Both the position numbers and the translations under genes were made by a program. Below are positions 1-13,583 of a DNA stretch of 64,000 nucleotides, one piece after another. How positions within the stretch are numbered: position 1 is the stretch's first letter; every line of letters starts with the position of its first letter. Source of the DNA: Tubulanus polymorphus (Eukaryota; Animalia; Nemertea); NCBI RefSeq assembly GCF_964204645.1, contig NC_134027.1, forward strand, positions 18,686,560-18,750,559, read 5' to 3'. The notes beneath the pieces are model-generated. The model did no database searches, was not told where the DNA came from, and worked only from the letters and a program-made list of their open reading frames with translations.

Positions 1-564
1 TCATTAAGTGGATCATGTATATACTGACACTGGGTCCATATATCCCTTGTATGTAACTGTAATTAGTCATTTGTTTCATTTATATCGTTATTCTATTTTA
101 TCTTCTATCTTTATACTCTGTACACCTCAATCCGTAATGGATATAACAGTATAATAAAGAGTCTTTATAATAAAGAGTTTTATTGAATTGTACTAACTCA
201 CTCGGGGTATTCCCCTAGAGTACAGCACCTTCGCATTACTGGTAATTTTCATAAAGAAAATCCCTCACTCGCAGTGCTTCAAGAAATAAAATCCGGGCTA
301 GCAACGAATCATGCAGAGACAATAATCTACCGATACTCTCCCAGTCAGTGTAAACCACGAACTTCGCAGTTTCTATGAACTACTTACGGATGTATCAGTG
401 CGCAAGCACCTATGAGGATAAAGATGGGGATAATACTTCATTGCTGGGAAAACCGATATAGACAATTCACTGAAGCTAAGCCCTTCATATTCAACATGAT
501 TAATTCAACATGAGGTTTGGAACAAGTTCATGTTCAAATATTCAAATATACAACCAAATCTTAC

Positions 565-867
565 CTTGACTAGATCATCAGGTGTATGAATACACATCTC
601 CTCAGAGTAAAGTAACTCTTTTAAATCGGGGTAACACATCTCCAGCAATTCATCCTCCAATAACAAATATGGGAAACACCAGATAGAGAATTCATGAGCG
701 GTATGGTACAACTGTTGACATCCGAGATGTTTGGCAAATACTCGAATTCCTAAACAATTACTGGGGTGCAACTGTTTACTGAGAAACTGACAACATACAG
801 ATTTAACACTGTCTATCTCCAATAAATCAGCAGTCATCAATAACTCCTGTACATTATTGATATCAAT
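565..867 (-). CDS. Kelch-like BTB-BACK protein, coding exon 4 (BTB end/BACK); gene continues off the left edge
   Basis: AG at 868-869 and GT at 563-564; 303 nt, phase 0/0. Translates IDINNVQELLMTADLLEIDSVKSVCCQFLSKQLHPSNCLGIRVFA, typical of KLHL proteins. Confidence 0.9.
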
Positions 868-1256
868 CTACAAAATAGATAGTCATATCAATAACTCTAA
901 CATGTTATTTGTGAGCAAAACGCTATAATAATCAAAACCATCGTAAAATATTATGTAGGCCTACATTTGATAATAGCCGTATGAATTGATATCAATAAAC
1001 AAGTTGTATTACAGTTGTATAATGCAGTAGGCCTTTTTAAGTGTAATGTAATTAAAAAATTTTGCAGTCAGTAATCTGTTTTCTCAGTAAGGACTTGAAA
1101 TCTAATGAAATGTGTACATTTCTACTTGTACTACAAATGTTATTCTCACTATATAGTAACTTATAATTCTACAATTCATATGTATATTAATAGTATTAAG
1201 CTCATGCAACACAGAGTTGGTAGTGGTTAGCTCCAAGTCAAATAGTGTTTAGTCAA

Positions 1257-2868
1257 GGTTTATGCCACACCGAAAGAAAACCCTGTTTCTCAGGCCAAAC
1301 CGACCCGATATTTCATCCTTACAAATAATTGTTTTCGAAATAAAATTGCCTCCTGACCCTATTTCTAATAAAGGACCAATGGTCCAGTGGCTCACTAAAC
1401 TGGTGAGTAGTAAAAAATCTGTCAGAATCGGCTACCCGTCTGCAAAAATCCATTTCATTGAAAATTAAACAAGAAAAAAAATAGGGCCTATAAAAAAGGA
1501 CTCAATTTTGGTCAGTGTGAACTTTTAATGATAACTGAATTTTAACAAGAATGAAATTTCGCAAAACTGATAAAGGGCTTTTTGTCTGAACAAATGTTCA
1601 AAATTTTAATACATCCCTAAAATGACGTAAAACAACTAAACCTATGAGTGATACGTTAAGATACGGTACAAACTTGGTGAAAGCCTGGGTTTCATCGCAG
1701 GTTTTTCATTATCATACGGACCAAGCAGGACAGAAGCTCCCATGTTCTTCAAATTTGAGGCCAGTGCCAGTTACTGTTGAAACAAAGTTTATCAACTGAC
1801 ATAGTTTTTAATAATTTCACGATAGGATTGCTTTAAGTAGCTAACATCTTCACTCAGACAAATCGTCGTCACTTGCGATATACACCGTGGCGCGCGTTAT
1901 CTTTAACTGACACAAACACGTAGTGAACACGAGAGTATAAGGCGATATTGCCTAGGCGACTGTACACGACTGTTTTCAACGCAAATGCTTATGACTGTGC
2001 CGCAGTTAACAATTTAACACAAATATAGAGGCTCCAAAACGGATTGCTAATGCGAAGGTCAATAAAACGACTTCAATTAATGTTGTTACCTAGTAGGAAA
2101 ATTAGTAGTAACTCAGGAGCTACAGAGTGAAAACTGTAAGAGATAGAGCTTTATGGTAATCGAAAGGTTTGTAGGGTAGGCCTATGACCCTTCGAAAATT
2201 TTGGTGATAATTTTTCTTCCTGAAAGTGATGTCTTATGGAAATGAGCTAATTTGCATAAATCATAGTTGGTAACCTACTTATTTGATAACCCCCTAAATT
2301 TCTGGTATAAAAATGATAAAATTGGGTATCTGGCCTCAGCTAATGACTGACATTGGAATATTTTATGTCTATTGTCAGAAATATAAATTATATAGGTAAT
2401 TATAATTATTATTATATAAAAATTATTATCATTATTATAATTAGAAAATCAGCTTTTAATTAGATCACATGACCTCCGGATCGGTACCCGCTACTTTCAA
2501 ACGGAAAAACTCATATTTTGAATTGCAACACCACAAAAACGCAGCATGAAAAAATAAACTAACAGGCGCTGCTGTTTAATCAAGCCATCTAGGGGCAGGT
2601 TCCTCTGCTGAATTCTAAACGAAAAACTAAAAATAAAACTGCTATAAGAAATGTCGACAAAAGTCGACAGGGCACTGTACGACCTGAAAAAATCTGTCAA
2701 CAAAAGTCGACTGGGCACTGAAAGAGTTTACTGGATATTTGGTCCTAAAAAATTATTTGCGGCAACCTACCAATAAAACCTTCCATACAAAGAAAAAAAT
2801 TCCCTGCTTACCTACCCATTTTGGTGATTGTTCCATCCGAGAAACAGGATGTTTTTGGTGTGGCGTTA
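1257..2868. mobile_element. Non-autonomous DNA element (MITE-like) with internal insertion, intronic
   Basis: Imperfect inverted ends CCACACCGAAAGAAAACCCTGTTTCTC (~1265) and GAGAAACAGGATGTTTTTGGTGTGG (~2840); no ORF. Confidence 0.45.
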
Positions 2869-2925
2869 CATACATCCTATTTTGTATATGACAAAGGAAG
2901 AGCACAAGGGAAATTCTAAATTTAC

Positions 2926-3040
2926 CTGAATTTCAGCAGTATAGGCAAAATCTATAAGTTGTTTTAGAGACAATGGGTTTATGTCTTTCATTTCCACTTG
3001 GTAGACAAAAGTTTCAGCCATGCCTGCACAAAACATTGCC
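2926..3040 (-). CDS. Kelch-like BTB-BACK protein, coding exon 3 (BTB)
   Basis: Canonical splice sites; phases compatible with neighbouring exons; reads AMFCAGMAETFVYQVEMKDINPLSLKQLIDFAYTAEIQ. Confidence 0.9.
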
Positions 3041-4229
3041 CTGTAATATTAAATCAATATATCCTGTAATAGTATAATCCATATATATTAGGCATAGGCC
3101 TACAAAAAAACTTTTTTTTGACAATTTGAAAATGTAAAAAAAGAAATATTAACCTATGTGCCTACTACAATTAGCAGGCTTTGAGGTGGTGGCTTTGAAT
3201 ATCATCACAAAAGCCTGGTACCTTTTTACTCAACCTCATTTATGTATAGTGTATGCATAACTTCATTCAAAAAGAATATCAACCGGTTATTTTAGGAAAG
3301 AGCCTATTGTAATAAATTAATTCATTGGTTAAAACTGTTGAGAGGGAACCCTGATATCCTGACCCTCGCCCATGGAGAAGGTATTCTAACACAAAACTTC
3401 AGGTCCTGGTTTCATAGACTGGTATTATCTTTCACCCAGGGGTTAGGCCTAAATCAATTGCAAATAAAATAAGTTAGCCCCTGAGTTAAGGTTAATATGG
3501 AGATATTTGAAATAGTTTATTTCTAATACCAAACTCAGAAGGACTTACATGGCATACCGTAGAAATACTGTCAAAATGAATCATCAAATTTACCAATCAA
3601 ACTTTAATTATTTACCCATCTGACCTTGGATGTCCTGTCAAAACCAAATCACTATCGCTGATATTCAAAAACTAAATGTTAATTTCACGCATGGCTATCA
3701 TAGATACTCAAAATTAAAACTGCACAATTGCCAGTCACCCATCAAACCATCATATCTTACCCAACAAACAGTCATTTTACCCATCAAAGTAACATATTTT
3801 ACACATTTCATCAAATTTTCATATTAAATACATCATTTCTCCCTGTGAAAATATGCATTTGGAGAGGGTATTCACTCATCAAATTATGTATTCAAACTGA
3901 AATCCCGAATGTTTGTCTGGATGCACAAATGAGTCCAAACATGTATTTTGACAGGCAAACATGGTGTTTTAAGTTTAATAGATTACTTTCAAAATCCTAA
4001 CTTCATACTTTACTCGACAAATACTATGGGTGGTTGTTTTGAAACCTATAGAATGAAATTGAATTTCGATAGTCTACGATAGCAATTTTGACGCAACAAA
4101 TGAATATTCAATTTTGACAGAAAATCTACGACAGTGATTTTGAGGTGTCCAATGAATTTTTAGCTTTGACAATATATATAAGATAGCGACTTGGTTTAGA
4201 AAATGAAGCCCTATCCAAGATCAGATTTG

Positions 4230-7200
4230 ACAATATTACAATTTTTGAAACAAAAATTTGTATTTCCCGAGTAGCACTTACCCTTTCCTATGGCTTTTGC
4301 CAATGCGGGGCAGGTGGGCGGGATTCCCACCACAGGAAAGGGTAAGTACTACTCGGAAATACAAATTTTTGTTTCAAAAATTGTAATATTTCCGTCGAGT
4401 ACTGTACCCTTTCCAATGGTTTTTGCTAGACTAGCCTAGCACAAGGATGGTGGGAAAGGTTGATAGAACAACCACCGCTCAATCGCAAGGTAAGAGGGAA
4501 AAAAGAGAGCACTCACCCAAGCACGGAATGAAGCACTGTAGCACAAGGAAGACCAGTTGGCTACAGTGAGTCCATCCAGCTCAGGGGCCAATGTTATGAC
4601 GTCATGAGGGAAGTCAAAACAGGGTCAACACAAATTTCATATAACCAAGATTTTGAGGGGTTCCGTCATTGAAAGCCCATAACTTCCGAACCAAGCATCG
4701 GATCTTGGTGATATAAAGTTCTTCCGACGCAAATAGGATTGAATTTTCACAGGTGTAATTTTGGACGGTTAAAGATGCTGTATAAAAAAGCGTGCTCAAA
4801 TGAATCAAATTTTTGGTATATTTCTAAAAAAATATGAAACCCCTTGCTTTCAACTTTGCGCACCATTAAGAAAACCAAAAACGAAATATATTTTTGCTTA
4901 ATCTGTTGATTTCGCTCATATGTAGTGAAATTACAGGCTACAGAAATTGCGTTGAGTTCGATAAAAATAGCTTTGAGCGTAGTGTATTAAGCATATGAAT
5001 GATTATCGATCGGCCAGACCGTTGACATAGGCTCACTTATGCGAGCCAATGAGCTGCCAGTCATGAGCGCCGAAGGCGCGAAGTAATAATGGGGGGTCTG
5101 GGGTCCTCCCTCCGAAAATTTTGATTTTTCACACCGTCTCAGATCGTTATTCAGCAGTTTTCACATTGAAATTTCACTCAGAGAATCAAACAACATTGTC
5201 CGATGTTTTACCGTTAACACACTGCTAGTTCCAAGACGAGCCAAGATGCTAATCATCTATTTATTTGCATGAGAAAAACAATGTAGGCGACACCACGTTA
5301 CGGGCCGCAGAAGCTGTTTTTCAGCACTACATGCCAGCAACATACCTATATCCACAGGCACATGGTCGGGCAACAGATAGATAAAACTTTGTTAACGAAA
5401 ATGATTGCATTTAAAAATAGATCAGGAAAGGCTTTTATGGTCATACCAATCTATCCTTAAGATGTCATTATCTTCAACGCCGCCCCCCATTCTTTTCAAC
5501 GGATTTGTATCGATCTGAGAAATAATAAAAATTGATTGAAAAGACGGAAATCCGCCGAAAGGCAGAAAATTATCATCCCTGAATAACTGGCTCTGCCATT
5601 TAATCAAGCCATCTAGCGTCAGGTTCCTCTGGTGAATTCTACATAAATAAAAATAAAACTGCTATAAGAAATGTCGACAAAAGTCAACAGGGTACTGTAT
5701 GACCTGAAAAAATCTATCAACAAAAGTCGACTGGGCACTGAAAGAGTTAACTGGGAATTTGGTCCTGAAAAAATTATTTACAGCAACCTACCCACTGTCA
5801 GAAAATTTTTTTCCATAAAAATAAAAAATTCCCTGCTTACCTACCTACCCATTTTGGTGATTGGCAAGAAATCTCGGAGATTTTGGGTGAATTGGAACCT
5901 GAAAGGTCATCTTTCAGGTCCAATGAAGCTGCCCATTGACCCGGACGGAGCCCTCCAATCAACTCCCTGGGTTTGGTTATTCGGAACTTTGAAATGTTCA
6001 GGTGCCAATTGAGGGACGACAGACCTATCACCGTCACCAGGTTCTATCGCTCCCTTCACGGCCAATTCCTTGAGAGCCAGAGAGATTTAGGCCTCCTGAC
6101 CTGTTTTTTATCGCATGTCGGGAGGTTACTTCATCAGGCGCGGTAGCTACGTGAGACAACCAGGGAGGGCCAACTGTCTTCGAAAAGGTAGGACCAGTGG
6201 GTGGCTGCCTGTTGCAGACAACCTGCCACTGGTCCCGAGAATTCATTTCGAGTTTTTCTAAAAGGTAGAGCCCTTTTTGGAGCCTTCCCTTGTCCCAATA
6301 CGAACTGGAACTGTTATGACCGGACGGGGCTTGACGCGATTGTTGGAGCATTCTCCAACCGGCATTTGTAGCCGCTTGAGAAGGCGCCGAAGCTTGAGTT
6401 GGTCCTGCATGAGTCCATGCCAAACATTGCGCGGCCGGAGTCGGATGAGAACACTTCTTCCACGGAGTTCGCATGATGGACTTGGTTTGGACCAGCCGAA
6501 TCTATCTCAGTTCGGTGGAAACAGGAGCGCACCAACCGGAAAAGAGACGCCAAGAAGTGCCCAATGGAGCACTCAACAACGAATTAGATACCATAACCGG
6601 TAGAGGAACTGTCCATAACTGACATAACTGGCGGGAGGCTAACACAAGATTAGCCTGACCCCAAACCGACAACTGAAAGACATGTGAAACAGACCGAGCC
6701 AAGGATTGGATAACCACGGTCTATTCCCTCTAATTTTAGGCCAATTGACTCTGGGTCGGAGCCCCCATGGATGGCAGCAAGAATCTCGCAAAGCTCACCC
6801 GTCAACACCTTAACTGCCAAATCCTGTAACAAACCCCTTGTAAGATTGTCCAGGATTGACGTCATCACCACCAAAGGAAAACGACTATCAAGCCCACTCT
6901 CTTAAAACAGCTGATGATTCACGTAAAGCATTTAAATCAGAGTCCGGAGGGTGATAAGCTTCCATTGACTCACAAACCTGAGTATCTGCCGAGGGCTTAG
7001 AGCGAGTTCCCTAATGTTTGACAAAAAACTCATTCATCATTGCGCTAAATGGCATGTCCCTCGCGAGTTTGGATAAAACTGAATGGGAGGGAGATACGTT
7101 GCAAGCCAGGGAAGTTCCCATTGCGTGGGGCAACCCAAAGCTGCTTGGGGAAGGAATGACACCAGAAGGAATTGCCACCTCTGGGGACAGATCCTCATTG

Positions 7201-8466
7201 AAATCAGACCCTACCCCAACATCCAGGAATTCAGTATCAGAATTCCGAATAACTGAGTGGGCTGATGAACTCCTAACCATACAATCAGGAATAGGCTTAC
7301 CTGTAGTAATTCCGGAAGCTTGCAACGACGATAACAAGTCTAAAATCTAATCCTCAAATACACGGAATTCCTTCTGAGTCAGGAATTTCCCGTATCACAA
7401 TGATCATGGCAACTTAGGTGATAGTCCCTCGAATGGGATCATGACCTACTAGAATCGTCTTTGCTAACCGACGTTGACGCCGCCGACGAACGATGAGGCG
7501 ACTGACGGCGGAACTTCTGACAATATTGATCGTTATCTCTCTCGCAATCTATCCTCGACCTGTGTGAAGGAGACCTTGCGAGCTTACTATGACAATGGTA
7601 TCTGGTGGAAGAGTGACCTCTACCCAGAGCGACGATAAGTATGTTTTGAATTCGAAACGTCAGAATCTAATGAACCGTTCAGAACCGGGTGACGTCTGGA
7701 CCGGACCTGTTCCGGGTGGTTTGTGCCAGTATCTCGAATATCGCATGCGCTCGGTTCAGAACCAGTAGTCAGAAACTGAACTGGTTGAACCGGCTGAAAC
7801 GGTGATCGACCAGCAACGGGTGATTGACCGGCGACCAGTGTTGGAGAACTAGCGATCCTCCTCAGAGAAAGGAGTTGGGAAGCCGCCATGCCAGTACAGC
7901 CGATGACCGCTCCGCTAAACGATTTGAAATAGAGATGTCGGTGGGCACGCCGGCCGAAACCCTACTATTATTAATGCAACGACGATTTTTTAGTTTTCGA
8001 GACTTATCAGCCTGAATCCATAGGTCCTCCGACCAACCCTCGCAAATCTTGCAAGGATAAACGCACACAAAATTTGGTCGTCCCAGGCTCCAAACAGATG
8101 ATCGCATCCGTTCCCACCAAGATGCTGACCTTCAGGAGGGGCGGCATTATTGCATTCTAATTAATCTATCAATTGATTATGAATTAAATTAAATCAAATT
8201 ATTCAGATAGGCCTAAATAAAAAAAGACAAGGGACAGCCCCCAAACAGAACGGACTCACCGTTACGAGAGCGAAAAGTCTCTCGACTTCCTAAATCCCAA
8301 TAAATTTTTCAATAAATTTTTTGATGAAAAATGATGGCAGATTTCGCCGGTGGCTAAATGTAATACTGCAGGGCCGGGTCGTATAGAAAAACCATTGGCG
8401 ATCAATCCAAAATTAGAAAATATTGGCAAAAACCATAGGAAAGGGTACAGTAATCGATGGAAATAT
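4230..8466 (-). mobile_element. DIRS1-type tyrosine-recombinase retrotransposon, internally deleted and interrupted
   Basis: Terminus 4232-4288 is inverted against 4335-4390, and 4385-4428 is complementary to the other terminus 8421-8465 (ITR plus ICR layout). Gag-like Cys motif CVYPCKICEGWSEDLW near 8050; RT fragment LRPGQWAASLDLKD near 5900-5950. Most of RT/RNaseH/YR is missing. Confidence 0.8.
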
Positions 8467-9362
8467 GATGTTTCCACGATAATTTTACAAAATTGACGCA
8501 TCAATTTGATTCTTAATTTTGACGGAAAGCAAATTAAAGTTTGACAAGTAAAATATGAAAGTTTGACGAGTAAATTGACGTTTCATTTTAACGGGTAAAA
8601 ATGGTTTACCATGGTTTAATAAATTTGGACAAATAATCAACCTGGAATTGTACACTTATGAACCTGAAGTTTTTTCAGGCGTTTGTATTTACGAAGGCTG
8701 AAATAAAGGTTGAGGACACATATGCCTAATAATTCACAATGTCATTGATTTATTCTTCCATGAATTAGGTCTAGATTTTCATGATTCAAGCTTCTATATG
8801 CATGAACCCATTAGCTATGTATGGCATTTACACAATTAACCTACAAAATCCACATAGATCATTCAGGTAACATGTGCTATGTGTTTGCATAGCTAACATC
8901 CTAAAATAGTACTTATTTACCACAGTACCTATTTTGACAACAAAGACTGTATGCCTTTAGAATAGAGCACACTTGCTGCAGTCTCAAACTGAATTATGAA
9001 CAAAATCTGGTACTTTCATGTATCCTCCAAATTATTGGAGTTTAAATAAGTCACAGGCGATACAATATATCATGAAATGTAAAGCCCCATATTTTTTCAT
9101 CGACCAATAAAGGTTTAAACGTTTTTTCTTATTCTGTGATGTCTCTAGAAATGGCCACTAAAACTACTTTCCTAGTATAGGCCTAACAAGTAAAATGCTT
9201 TAGGACAAATAGGTTTTTTATTTCCAGTTACTAAGTAGTAAGTACTATTCGCATGATCCTTGAAAACCAGTTCCTAGTTTTTTCCTGGAAAATCCGTAAA
9301 CAGTTGGATAAACATCTTCAAAGAAGGTTAGAAATGGGCCAAGGTCACAATCAACAAATTAC

Positions 9363-9524
9363 CTGAAATAAGGACTAAATGCTGCTAAGACACAGCGATG
9401 TGCCAATATCTTTGTATTATCCACCAACAATTCAACGTCACAAAGAATCTTATCATTTCTAAAGCTCTGCAACATCTGTAAAGTGCTGTCTCTTTGTGAA
9501 CCATCACGAAATACAAATACACAT
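9363..9524 (-). CDS. Kelch-like BTB-BACK protein, coding exon 2 (BTB start)
   Basis: Reads ...LQSFRNDKILCDVELLVDNTKILAHRCVLAAFSPYFR, the BTB signature; phase 2/2 with AG/GT boundaries. Confidence 0.9.
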
Positions 9525-10239
9525 CTGCAACACATTATTTAACAAATGAACAATAGAAAAAAAACAAGTTCTAGTTGTAATAATCTAGTTGACTTGGCTA
9601 AAATGCTTATGCTTCTTAATTTCAATAAGTTATCATAAGGCCAGTATGCATATACATGCAATTAACCATTTGTACAGATGCTAGTCTCAATTTGTTAGGG
9701 ACTTAAGTCTTGCAGTGTTGGGTCGTATTTCCTCATTTCTAATAAATATTTAGGCCTACGATGCAAAATTTATTACATTTTACTGGTCCTTTAATGGATT
9801 TCAACAACTTACGCAACATTGCGAGTCCTTAATTCTAAGTTCAGCCTATGTATAATTCATTTCATAAATTTACAACAATATGAAATGTCAGATATGTAGA
9901 AAAATTACAGTATTCAACTTTCAAATAAGGAATTCTTAAAAATAATTTTCAAAAACCTTCAAACACTTTAGAAACTGTGTGCACAAAGGCCCCAAAATGA
10001 TATGAAATTTAAAATTTTAAATGTCTTGCGAGTTTTCATTTCACTGTGACGCAACTAGGCCCTATATTGATATTCTGAGTGCTGTTTTCTAATGCATAAA
10101 TTTACATCTAGGCCTACAACTTTTTCATTTACACAATACTTAAATGTGAAAAAGATTTAAATTGATAGTTTAAGGTTTAAATATCATTCAGTATATGCCT
10201 AGGCCTAAGTCTACAATTTTGTAATTGATTGTGATGACA

Positions 10240-10660
10240 AAATATGCCTAGGTACCAATATAATATGGAAACACTTAGTTTTTCTACTATACAACTCCCC
10301 CAGGTGACCATATGCAAAACCCAATGACCTTGAAACTCACCACAATCATAGAATGTCATGAGCTACAACATTGCAATTGATCATGGTAACAAAATATGCC
10401 TAGGTACCAATAATAAGGAAATACTAAATACTACGAGTTTTAAAGATTCCTTTCCAAAGAATACCCATCACAAATTGCAATGAAAAATGGCAAACCATTA
10501 GGAAGCTATAGGACTCGGAATTCGGGCTAAAATTGACATTTTTGGGCACAACAAAATCATAGGATGGCCATCCTGAGTCTGATCGACCCAATTTTTCTTA
10601 TGCTGATGGGCCCTTGGGGGATTCAAATATATACAAAAGATCAAGGTAATTGATCAAAGC
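10240..10660. repeat. Fragment of HINE/Helentron-like dispersed repeat (same family as 56530-58075)
   Basis: Shares the core AATGACCTTGAAACTCACCACAATCATAG and the GGACTCGGAATTCGGGC...GATCAAGGTAATTGATCAAAGC block with 57320-57550. Confidence 0.7.
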
Positions 10661-10850
10661 GCCACACTGGGGGAGCTAGAAGTTTTTCAAATTTCAAGTG
10701 ATCTCACAGGATTCTTACCAGGAAATTTTTTTACCAGGAAATTTTTCAAAAGGAATTCCTTAAAAAAAATGGAAGTCTTACATCTCTGAATATTGGATAC
10801 ATACAAAATCTTATGACATTTATTGCGAGCAAACAGAAAAAAATACTTAC

Positions 10851-10918
10851 AATTCATCATCACTATTGGAGGATTTGAATTTAGAATCATGATTACCAAC
10901 ATCCCGCACAACAGCCAT
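10851..10918 (-). CDS. Kelch-like protein, probable first coding exon
   Basis: ATG at 10918 with an in-frame stop upstream; MAVVRDVGNHDSKFKSSNSDDEL then a GTAAGT donor in phase 2, matching the next exon. Confidence 0.7.
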
Positions 10919-13346
10919 GTCTAGACTCTCAGATAGTTGCACCAATCATCCAATAAAAATGTTTCACGAAATTGCCAGTAAATTTTGATCTGCTGTACAC
11001 AGAAGAATTAATGCCACTGTTGATATTGTGTAAGGTGTAACTGGTTTGGTGACTTTTAATCAGACATTGATGACCCGGTAACTGATATGTCCTGACTTGA
11101 CATACATTCCAAAGTCCAGAGTCAAAAATGGGTTCTTAACATCAACATCACATGAGCAATGTGAAACACCAACAACAGCTAGACTGGATAGATGCCTAGA
11201 AAATAGAAAAAAATAGAAATAACTTGCAGTCACGAATCTTGAGTTAAAGCATATGGAATAAAGGGTATGGCTCAAAGCTGAATGAACCTATAAGAATTTA
11301 GCCTCAGCTGGACTAAATGACAATGACTATCAACTTTTCTTTGCAGTTTTTGAGTCCAATGCTGAACATTGTTCGTGAGTTAGTGATTTTTCCTCTGGAA
11401 AACGGGGTATTTTTCAATTTTGATTTATTCCAACAAAAATTCGGAGTGATAAAGAAGGAAATGGATGTACAGTTAACCCCCTACTGTTAATAGTAAAACT
11501 GTTTATCTATTATAATATTAATACTGTTTATGTATTTTTATTGAGATGTAAATTGAGAAAACATGGCGGTAGGCGGGGGTGGCGGTATACGGGAAGGCAG
11601 TATATCAGGGGTTGACCGTACTTATAGTAAAAACATGTAGTAGAACTGTGCATCAATCTACTGACCTAATCTATTTCAAAATTAATTGCCCACGCGCTAT
11701 GTAGTTTAAATTGAAAACTGGAGCTTGTTTGCCAAAGGCATTGCCTATGAGAAATTAATTTTAATTTTAAAGTTCAAAGGTCTATTCTATATTTTATCCA
11801 AAAATCATGAACACACCCAGGGGTAACCACTCTATGCAATATCATTGTCCTGCTATTAATGGTTCTTCATGAATTGCATTTACAAGGTTTCTGTTAAAAG
11901 ACCTCTATTAACCTTGACCTGTGACCCACCCTAGAACTCCTAAATCAGTATGGCACATACTCTACCCAGGGATAAACAATCTATGAAATTGTCCTTGGAT
12001 GAAATTACATAGTGTGATTAGCCAAAGAGAGATAATTCGCCTCCCTTGCAGTGAATCATACTTTGTAGTAGGCCTATCCTGCAGTCAACATACCTGCATA
12101 TCAACAGTCCCTCTTAAATGATGTTCACAACAGGATGTGGACGGACAGAGGCGCGTATCAAGTCCACGCCCCCCCGCCGTGGCTATAAGCTGTGTGGGAG
12201 ACAAAAATATTTTGGTCAAAAATAATTAGGGTTTCTGCTGCTTTCGCAGAAAAACCCTCTTGTAATTCTGTTGATTATTATTATTATAAATTTTCCACTT
12301 TCCAGCCAAAATTTTTTCATAAAATGTAACTCCTCTCGGATTCGACCACTAACAGCTTATAAACGTAATTTTCATTTCTGTCAGAAATATAACTCAGTGC
12401 CAGACCATTTCGAATTTGCATAGGCTATAGTAATTTATTATGAATTAATCCCGTGTAATTACCGGGTCTAAACAGCGACAAGAATAACGCAAAGCATTGT
12501 CATCCATCGATAAAAGTACATCCCGAAAAGCCTACAAATTACCGGATGACCTCGAGCGTCAAACTCAACCGTAAATCGCGAATTCAGACTTACAATTAGT
12601 CCGGATCCGTCATTTACTGCGGACAAAATGCAGCCAACATGGCGGATGGTTGAAATCATTCTCAGCTTAAATTTATCGCAAATTTATGGCGAGTTTTAGG
12701 ACTTTAATGAACTATGATCCCTAAAATGAGTCAATTGATTAATTCTATTAGTAAATCAATTTACATTCGCTATATTTCCTGAAGATTTCTGGCTCAAATC
12801 AACGTAATATGGACAGGAATGGTAGGGATTTTCCTACGGAATTTTACTTCCGCGTTCACTTGACGACTCGGATCGATGACGACAGCAGAGTTTATGCAAT
12901 TTAAGGTGAGAATCCGCTAACCAGGGAATGTTAGACATGATTTCTTGGTCTAACTGCAGTTAAGGTTACCTTTCCACTGGGTGGTGCTACGATATGAGTA
13001 CATATGATAGCGAATGAGTACTCGGCAAAGCAATGATCATTGTTGGCTACCTACTTGCCTAATGCCTAGCTTTTTTGGGGGGATACGCCTAGAATAGATT
13101 TAGGCCCTTAATGTAGTGTGTAGAGCCATTGGAAAGCCTTAGTAGTTAGTAAGGGACTGGTTTACACTTATGTATATGACTATTTAGTTTGATTTACTTT
13201 CTTTCCAGCTATTAATCGTGGAATGAACTGGTCACTACGGACTTCAATTCCTTTGCCGATTCTTGCAGCTGGTGGGAATATATTTAAACCGCAGTGTGCA
13301 AGTGTACGTTTCAAATTAAGCGTCTCAGATGCTGTAAGTACTTGAC

Positions 13347-13583
13347 ATTTTGTGTAATTGTTTTTTTTCTAATGTCATGTTTAAAATATTTGGATCAGCA
13401 ATCAGTCACGCTAGTGTACATGCAGAATTGGGTTCATTGTTATTATGGGATGATAATTAACGGACGTTTTGTGTAATTGTTTTTTTTTCTAATGTCATGT
13501 TTAAAATATTTGGATCAGCAATCAGTCACGCTAGTGTACATGCAGAATTGGGTTCATTGTTATTATGAGATGATAATTAACGG
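13347..13583. repeat. Near-perfect tandem duplication, 2 x ~119 bp
   Basis: TTTTGTGTAATTGTTTTTTTTCTAATG...GATAATTAACGG is repeated directly. Confidence 0.9.

Noticed and set aside
1-470. LINE-like tail and possible DIRS/Ngaro fragment; also an (ATTGA)n tail at ~14690
   Set aside because: Only compositional hints, with no diagnostic motif or paired end.
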